DNA of 42,244 nucleotides from an uncultured Saprospirales bacterium (GTDB lineage: Bacteria; Bacteroidota; Bacteroidia; Chitinophagales; Saprospiraceae), in assembly GCA_937864265.1 (NCBI GenBank), contig CALMIR010000029.1:1-42244 (forward strand). The letters are read 5' to 3'. Of this stretch, positions 36,990-42,244 are shown piece after piece; the first letter of the stretch is position 1; the number at the start of each line of letters is the position of its first letter. The notes below the pieces were generated by a model. It ran no database searches. It worked only from the letters and a program-made list of their open reading frames with translations, and was not told the DNA's origin. The position numbers and the translations under genes are program-made.

Positions 36990-37973
36990 ATGAGTAGCTT
37001 GTTTCAACGATACAATATAGTAGTACCCTTAATACTAGCCGTATTTCTGCCGTTGCTGGGGCTGTTTACTGATGGTTTATCGCCACCCCACAAGGTTTTT
37101 TTTCAAAAATGGACAGTATCATTTCTTATGATATTCTTGATGTGGTATAGTTTCTTATCGATAAACACCCATAGTAAAAGCGTTTGGAGCTTCAAGAATA
37201 TAGCAACTATTGCATTATTAGTACTGGTTATTACAATAGTTTTCAACCTATATGGGATCAGTGAAGAACAACAGTTTAACCGGGTTTTACCAGTTCGAAT
37301 ATTATTTACTGCCATAATCATTTTTATGGTTCAAAAAGGTTTGCTAACCCAGGAAAGACTGGCCGATCTGAGGGTAGATAAAGAGCGACTCCAAACGGAA
37401 AACCTCAGAATCCAGTTAAAAGAATTGCGGAACCAGATGGATCCTCATTTTTTCTTTAATTCCCTTAGTACACTTCGAGCGATGGTAAGGCAAAACCATG
37501 TGAATTCCGAGCAATTCATCATTGGATTATCAGCCTTTTACCGACAAATGCTAAAGATACAAGAAGAGGGTACCCTGCCACTTTCAAAAGAGATAGAAAT
37601 AATAAAATCCTATATTTTCATCATGAGTAACAGAAATGAAAATGCCTTATTGATAGACTTTGAAGCAATAGATGAAGCTTATTACAACCATCAAATTCCA
37701 ACATTAGCCTTACAAAGCGTTGTCGAAAACTGCATAAAGCACAACGCTATTTCCGAAAAAATGCCCTTAGAAATTGGCATTCGTACTACAAATGATGCTT
37801 ACATAGAGGTAAAAAACAGGATTCAACCCAAACTTTCAACACCGGAATCATCGGGAATGGGACTTGAATTACTAAAAAAGAGATACAAGCTAATGGGTAT
37901 TACCGATGGTGTTATGGTTTCAATTTCCGAGAAAGAATTTATAGTGAAATTAAAACTCATCTCGCCCCAATGA
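36990..37973 (+). CDS. LytS/YehU-type sensor histidine kinase (membrane, no extracytoplasmic sensor domain)
   Basis: ~5 TM helices, then the His_kinase (PF06580) motif QMDPHFFFNSLSTLRAMV, an N-box ENCIKHN and a G-box GMGLELL. Confidence 0.8.
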   Translation: MSSLFQRYNIVVPLILAVFLPLLGLFTDGLSPPHKVFFQKWTVSFLMIFLMWYSFLSINTHSKSVWSFKNIATIALLVLVITIVFNLYGISEEQQFNRVLPVRILFTAIIIFMVQKGLLTQERLADLRVDKERLQTENLRIQLKELRNQMDPHFFFNSLSTLRAMVRQNHVNSEQFIIGLSAFYRQMLKIQEEGTLPLSKEIEIIKSYIFIMSNRNENALLIDFEAIDEAYYNHQIPTLALQSVVENCIKHNAISEKMPLEIGIRTTNDAYIEVKNRIQPKLSTPESSGMGLELLKKRYKLMGITDGVMVSISEKEFIVKLKLISPQ

Positions 37974-38713
37974 ATGTACTTATCGTAGAAGACGAATTAC
38001 ACACCGCAAAATTACTTCAGGAGATTATTGAAGAATCAAGTGATTTCAAAGTATTGGAAATAATAGGTGCTGTGGTGGATACGGTGCAGTATCTTATGAA
38101 GCACCAATCGAACTTAGACTTAATGTTCTTTGACATTCAATTAACGGATGGGTTAAGTTTTGAAATTTTTAATCATATCGATATTGTAACACCTATTATA
38201 TTTTGCACCGCATATGATGACTACGCATTGAATGCCATCAAAAACAATGGAATAGACTATGTGCTAAAACCGTTTAAAGATGAAGAAATTCACAGTGCTT
38301 TAAAAAAGTATCAGCGCTTAAAAAAGCAACTTCAGGAATCGAATAGACCTACTCGCTTTCAAACGAATACACAGATACAAAGAAATTTCCTAGCCCAATA
38401 TCGAGAAAAGACAATCATCATAAAATCAGCCGAAGTTGCTTTGTTTTTCACCAGCCATGATGTAGTTTATCTTATGACCTATAAAGGAGAAAAGTATCCC
38501 TTATTCAAATCGTTGGACTACATAGAATCTGTTTGTGACACCGAGAATTTCTATCGTATAAACCGACAGATGATTATCCATCGTGATGCCATCGTATCTT
38601 TTCAAGACTATTTCAATCGAAAGCTTATATTAGATTTATACGTAAGTACCGAAGAGCAAGCCATCGTCAGTAGATTAAAAGTGTCAGCATTTAAGAACTG
38701 GTTAAAGAAATAG
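37970..38713 (+). CDS. LytTR-family response regulator (receiver + LytTR DNA-binding domain)
   Basis: Receiver domain (MNVLIVEDE, FFDIQLTDG, a Lys near DYVLKPF) and a C-terminal LytTR-like segment. 4-bp overlap with the kinase gene. Confidence 0.8.
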   Translation: MNVLIVEDELHTAKLLQEIIEESSDFKVLEIIGAVVDTVQYLMKHQSNLDLMFFDIQLTDGLSFEIFNHIDIVTPIIFCTAYDDYALNAIKNNGIDYVLKPFKDEEIHSALKKYQRLKKQLQESNRPTRFQTNTQIQRNFLAQYREKTIIIKSAEVALFFTSHDVVYLMTYKGEKYPLFKSLDYIESVCDTENFYRINRQMIIHRDAIVSFQDYFNRKLILDLYVSTEEQAIVSRLKVSAFKNWLKK

Positions 38714-38901
38714 GAATGATTTGAGCAATCTAGCTATAAATAGAACTATTAACCATATCGAGCTAATTAAATTTTGACAAAAAGCTTTATGGGTGTAGCA
38801 TTTATATTGATCGCCCTTGCACCCGCAGGGTTTCAGCCGACGTGTTGGCTACACGCAGGTGGCGCGTTTAGTGACACTTGCCGTTGTAGCCGTTGTGTGT
38901 A

Positions 38902-39168
38902 CCTCGAATGAGCATCGAAGATGCTCCCTTCGAGCTGTATTTAAGCTGACGCGCTTAAAGATAGCAAGTCAACGTCTTTCCAAAGGGAAAGTGCTCTGGG
39001 GAGGTGAAAGGCCTCCTCACCGTCACCGAAGCGCGGTTGCGCAAGCGGGGTTTTTGGAATACTACCTCCCCGTTAAGTCCCGCGACGCACAGCCACCACC
39101 CATGCCAGCACGTTCACCAAGAAACGATAAGTTGTTCTTTGAACCGCGAAGTACGTGATCCGTACGCT
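38902..39168. repeat. 267-bp direct repeat, copy 2 (identical to 20336..20602)
   Basis: Perfect identity over 267 bp by direct comparison. Flanks are diverged but weakly similar (e.g. cgttgtag on the 5' side, gtggtg.gag.ggg on the 3' side). Sits in a convergent intergenic region. Confidence 0.85.
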
Positions 39169-39237
39169 GGGTGGTGTGAGAGGGCTGCGGTGGGGCATCT
39201 TGGCTCACCGTTCCCTACTCGATTGGCAGCAGTCTTT

Positions 39238-40425
39238 TTATTCAAATTCTTTTAATTTCTTTTCAATTAATTGGATTACATCAGTCTTTTTGAGTTGTAA
39301 TATACTTCCAGTAAGGCTAATTATTTCACTATAAGTTTTGGTATTACCTCTAATTAATTGGTTAATCCCTTTATCTCCACTCGTTTCATGGATAACTTCA
39401 CAAATCAACGCCCCTCCTGGATAAGCACTTTGATACCCATTCCATTGAGTAGTATTATTGAGAATATTTTCTAATGAATAGGATTCTCCATTTTTATAAT
39501 CGTTCGCTAATTTTCGCATCATAGTCAAATATTCATTTGAATCTTCCTTTGTTCCAAGAAAAGTTGCTAATCCTTCTTCTATTACATGCCCTCTATCCTC
39601 ATTGACAGGCAGTAATTTGTGAATAAATTCATGCGGGTAAAATTCATCGCCTTTACTTGACAAAATCATACCCTCTCTTGCCTTTCCTGTTGTTACACCT
39701 GAAAAAATGTAGTCGAAGTTTTCGAGTTCGCCCATATCATCAATACCATTAGCTAAATAGAACCTGAATGGTTCATTAAATTCGGGATTAAACCGACTAA
39801 CCATCTCTTTGCAAAATATTACTGCTTTATTTGCTCTTTCAGTATTGAATTGATATTCACGGGGAAATATATATTCAACAAAGCCTACTTGCTTTTTCAT
39901 CCAGTTCCTTGTTTTATCAGCTAAAAGATTTTCAAGTCTCCAAGTCCCTTTCTCTCTTATGGCATTAAGTTTATGAATACACCACACTTTTGAACCCACA
40001 TAAGGTGGTTCTGTTGCTGAATTTGAGTACAGTACCCTTATTTGATATTTTTCATTTATTGGTTCAATTGAAAGAACAAACGGAGTATAAATTCTAAAAA
40101 GTTGACTGCTATTTATCCCGTTGTAGATACTAATTCGGGAAAAGTCAAAATCTTTAAAACGTGCTTTCTCTTCGCTGTTCCAATATGGATTATCATAAAT
40201 CGAATCTGGTTGCGAATTGATGTATTTTTCATATAAACCCAGCACTTCTTTTACATTGCTATTTGTCGTGTCAACCCTTGAACTTAATTGTAAGTTGATA
40301 TTATTTTCTATTTCTTGAAATATTTCATTATTCACATTTTCTTCCTTGCTATTCTCTCTTTTACAACTGAAAAGAACAAGGATTAACAGTAGTCTTATCA
40401 TTTTATTTTTTTTGATTGCTGCCAT
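39238..40425 (-). CDS. Lipoprotein with HEXXH...E zincin-like motif (putative metallopeptidase)
   Basis: Lipobox (LVLFSCKRE). HEFIHKL followed ~19 aa later by EEG suggests a gluzincin arrangement. Otherwise unrecognised. Confidence 0.4.
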   Translation of the reverse strand: MAAIKKNKMIRLLLILVLFSCKRENSKEENVNNEIFQEIENNINLQLSSRVDTTNSNVKEVLGLYEKYINSQPDSIYDNPYWNSEEKARFKDFDFSRISIYNGINSSQLFRIYTPFVLSIEPINEKYQIRVLYSNSATEPPYVGSKVWCIHKLNAIREKGTWRLENLLADKTRNWMKKQVGFVEYIFPREYQFNTERANKAVIFCKEMVSRFNPEFNEPFRFYLANGIDDMGELENFDYIFSGVTTGKAREGMILSSKGDEFYPHEFIHKLLPVNEDRGHVIEEGLATFLGTKEDSNEYLTMMRKLANDYKNGESYSLENILNNTTQWNGYQSAYPGGALICEVIHETSGDKGINQLIRGNTKTYSEIISLTGSILQLKKTDVIQLIEKKLKEFE

Positions 40426-40619
40426 CGTTTGGGTATTGGCGAAGGTAGGGCATTTGAAAAACGTCTGCTCAAATTTAGCACAAAAGTTTCATAGAAACAC
40501 AAAAGCCGAAGTTTGCACTTCAGCCCTGCTTTTGCCAATACCTTGTTACCTGCAGCGTCTTTTTCTCAACTTTTTATCAGATAGTTAAAAAGCTGTCTAA
40601 TGTATTTCGTAATTGGTTT

Positions 40620-41543
40620 TTACCAACGGCTTAAAATTTTTGTCTCTGTCCGAGGATTTTTATCATTATTTGGGTCAATTGCAATACCTTCATTTACTTG
40701 AATAAGGATTGGAACTCCTGATTCTTTTATACAAAGGTCAATGTTGTTTTCATTATCACCTAAGTCTGCTAATTTAAAGGGTTTTACCTTAATTGTGTCG
40801 GTACCGTTTACTAACGTAACAATAAAATCATTTAATTCATTATCACCAAGTTCTTTTCCATTTATGGCTCTTACGCCTCCTGCCCAAACAACTTTTACAA
40901 CTGTTTTGGTTTCATTTTTCGGACAGTCACAACCTTTGCCTTTTTCAATAAAAGGATATTTTTCATCAAAAGTAAAATATTCAGCATAACTTAAAATTGG
41001 TCCTTCTTCTAATGGAATCACTTTAATACTTTGTCCTTTAAAATTTTGTCCTGTTCTTGCCATCAAATCTCCAACTACTTCAACAGAAACAGGAGGATTA
41101 TCCGTATGATTTCCATATTCACCGATTAAAAGGACAGTTCTAAGTTCAAATTCTTCATTGGCAGGAAGAAAACTTGCTGCTTCTACAATGTGTACAGTTC
41201 CGTTTTTGGTAGTTACAGCAAAGTCTGCACCTTGTAGCGTTTTTGGGTCAATTTCGTGAGAAAAAACAAGGGGCATCCCATCCTTTCCTTTTGCTTTTCT
41301 ATAAATGGCTCTGGCTTTAAATGTCAAACCATTGTCGAGTCCAAAAAAAGCAGTTAAAATTTTTGGTTCTCTTGTTTTATCTATTTCAGGTACTGAATCA
41401 GATAAGTAAAGTTTTCTTGGGCTACGTTTTTTGCTTTTGACAGCTGCAACAGTTGCAACAGTTGCAGCCACGCAACCACTTAAAAGCCCTGTAATTAACA
41501 CTGACAAGAGCATTAACTTGATATTTGAGTTAAATTTTTTCAT
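40620..41543 (-). CDS. Hypothetical lipoprotein
   Basis: Lipobox LLSGCVA. No recognisable domain. Confidence 0.4.
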   Translation of the reverse strand: MKKFNSNIKLMLLSVLITGLLSGCVAATVATVAAVKSKKRSPRKLYLSDSVPEIDKTREPKILTAFFGLDNGLTFKARAIYRKAKGKDGMPLVFSHEIDPKTLQGADFAVTTKNGTVHIVEAASFLPANEEFELRTVLLIGEYGNHTDNPPVSVEVVGDLMARTGQNFKGQSIKVIPLEEGPILSYAEYFTFDEKYPFIEKGKGCDCPKNETKTVVKVVWAGGVRAINGKELGDNELNDFIVTLVNGTDTIKVKPFKLADLGDNENNIDLCIKESGVPILIQVNEGIAIDPNNDKNPRTETKILSRW

Positions 41544-41638
41544 TCTTTTTTAGTTTTGTTTCGTGATTCCAACTTATTGCAAAGGTAGGACGGGTGCGAA
41601 TTGAAATCACTCAACAAATGTTGAAAAATTTGAGATGC

Positions 41639-42178
41639 TTAGGATTTTTTGCTTCTTATCCTGCTCAATTGTGTCGGTGTTACACCAATCATAGAGGCAA
41701 TAAATTTGAGTGGAAATTTTTTAAATAAGGATGGGTTTGTTGCAAATAAATATTCATATCGTTGCTTAGCTGTACCATTTAAGAACAAAAGGTGATATTT
41801 GACAAATTGCATAGCTCTATCCCCCATATATTCTCTTAATAATATATTGAAAGTTACATTGAGATTTAGCAATTCCAGCACTTTATCCATTGGGGCAACG
41901 AGAACATTGGAATCTTCCAATATTTCTATGATAATTGGAGATTTTTCTTTTGTCCTGATACTAATTATATCAGATAAAAAATTGTTAGATTGAAGTATTT
42001 CATCGGTTATTTCGTCAAAGTTTGCATTAATAAAGTATGAACGGGCACTACCACTTACCAAAAATCCAAGATTTTGAATAACTGTATCTTGATTTTTAAA
42101 AAGAGTACCTTTCTCAAGCAGCTGTTCATTGAAAATAGATAAGATTTCCTTTACCTCATCTTCGTTAGCAGTTTTCAC
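41639..42178 (-). CDS. Crp/Fnr-family transcriptional regulator
   Basis: cNMP-binding-like N-terminal domain and a C-terminal HTH (RYEYL....P.KFIASMIGVTPTQLSRIRSKK) typical of Bacteroidota Crp/Fnr regulators. Confidence 0.6.
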   Translation of the reverse strand: MKTANEDEVKEILSIFNEQLLEKGTLFKNQDTVIQNLGFLVSGSARSYFINANFDEITDEILQSNNFLSDIISIRTKEKSPIIIEILEDSNVLVAPMDKVLELLNLNVTFNILLREYMGDRAMQFVKYHLLFLNGTAKQRYEYLFATNPSLFKKFPLKFIASMIGVTPTQLSRIRSKKS

Positions 42179-42244
42179 TCTATTATAAATAAATTGAGTG
42201 TGCTACAAATTAGTGGTAAATCAATATATCAAGCAGCTTTTTGC

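Noticed and set aside
1-42244. CRISPR arrays, tRNA/rRNA genes, integrase/transposase genes
   Set aside because: I looked for regularly spaced short repeats, cloverleaf-compatible segments and recombinase motifs and found none. The only regular repeats are the heptamer array and the long direct repeats described above.

Overview
This 42.2-kb window looks like a Bacteroidota chromosomal segment (likely Saprospiraceae-like) with accessory content. Supporting features: lipoprotein signals ending in Cys, TAnnTTTG-type -7 boxes, Crp/Fnr and LytTR regulators, an RND efflux operon, and no Shine-Dalgarno dependence. Base composition is mosaic: blocks at about 1-950 and 5900-18600 are GC-rich, and the rest is AT-rich. 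This was judged by eye, not computed.

Gene content from left to right:
- a DUF4349 lipoprotein
- an S41 peptidase with a CBM20-like N-terminal domain
- a lipoprotein with a SecD-head-like domain
- a tandem 119-bp hairpin repeat
- a DUF4143 AAA ATPase
- a GC-rich three-gene operon: NfeD/YqiJ-like membrane protein, flotillin (SPFH), and a 1617-aa protein whose only recognisable module is a C-terminal Lon-like AAA+ ATPase
- a heptamer-repeat palindrome between flotillin and the giant gene
- a decayed duplicate of the giant gene's 3' end that brackets an inserted two-gene cassette (small protein plus HTH protein)
- an orphan AT-rich gene
- a GMC oxidoreductase and gluconate-2-dehydrogenase-subunit-3-like pair
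- a propeller-domain sensor lipoprotein

An ~18.3-kb AT-rich block follows, bracketed by two perfect 267-bp direct repeats with no coding potential and dense hairpin structure. This block carries:
- a TcmP and DUF5131 (phage Gp37/Gp68) gene pair
- an ArsC-like and aquaporin operon
- an M43 metalloprotease and lipoproteins
- DUF2147, DJ-1/PfpI and MBL hydrolase genes
- an unannotated 56-aa membrane ORF
- a minimal KcsA-like K+ channel
- an outer-membrane beta-barrel
- a TolC-like outer membrane factor fused to a PF04392-like periplasmic binding domain
- an RND adaptor and RND permease
- a LytS-type histidine kinase and LytTR response regulator

Two identical 35-bp elements built from 21-bp-phased direct repeats lie upstream of two genes in this block. 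They look like LytTR operator sites.

No tRNA, rRNA, CRISPR array, integrase or transposase gene was recognised. The most interesting candidates are the 267-bp repeat pair with the island it brackets, the TcmP/DUF5131 pair, the NfeD-flotillin-giant-ATPase module, and the duplicated 3' end of the giant gene with its inserted cassette.
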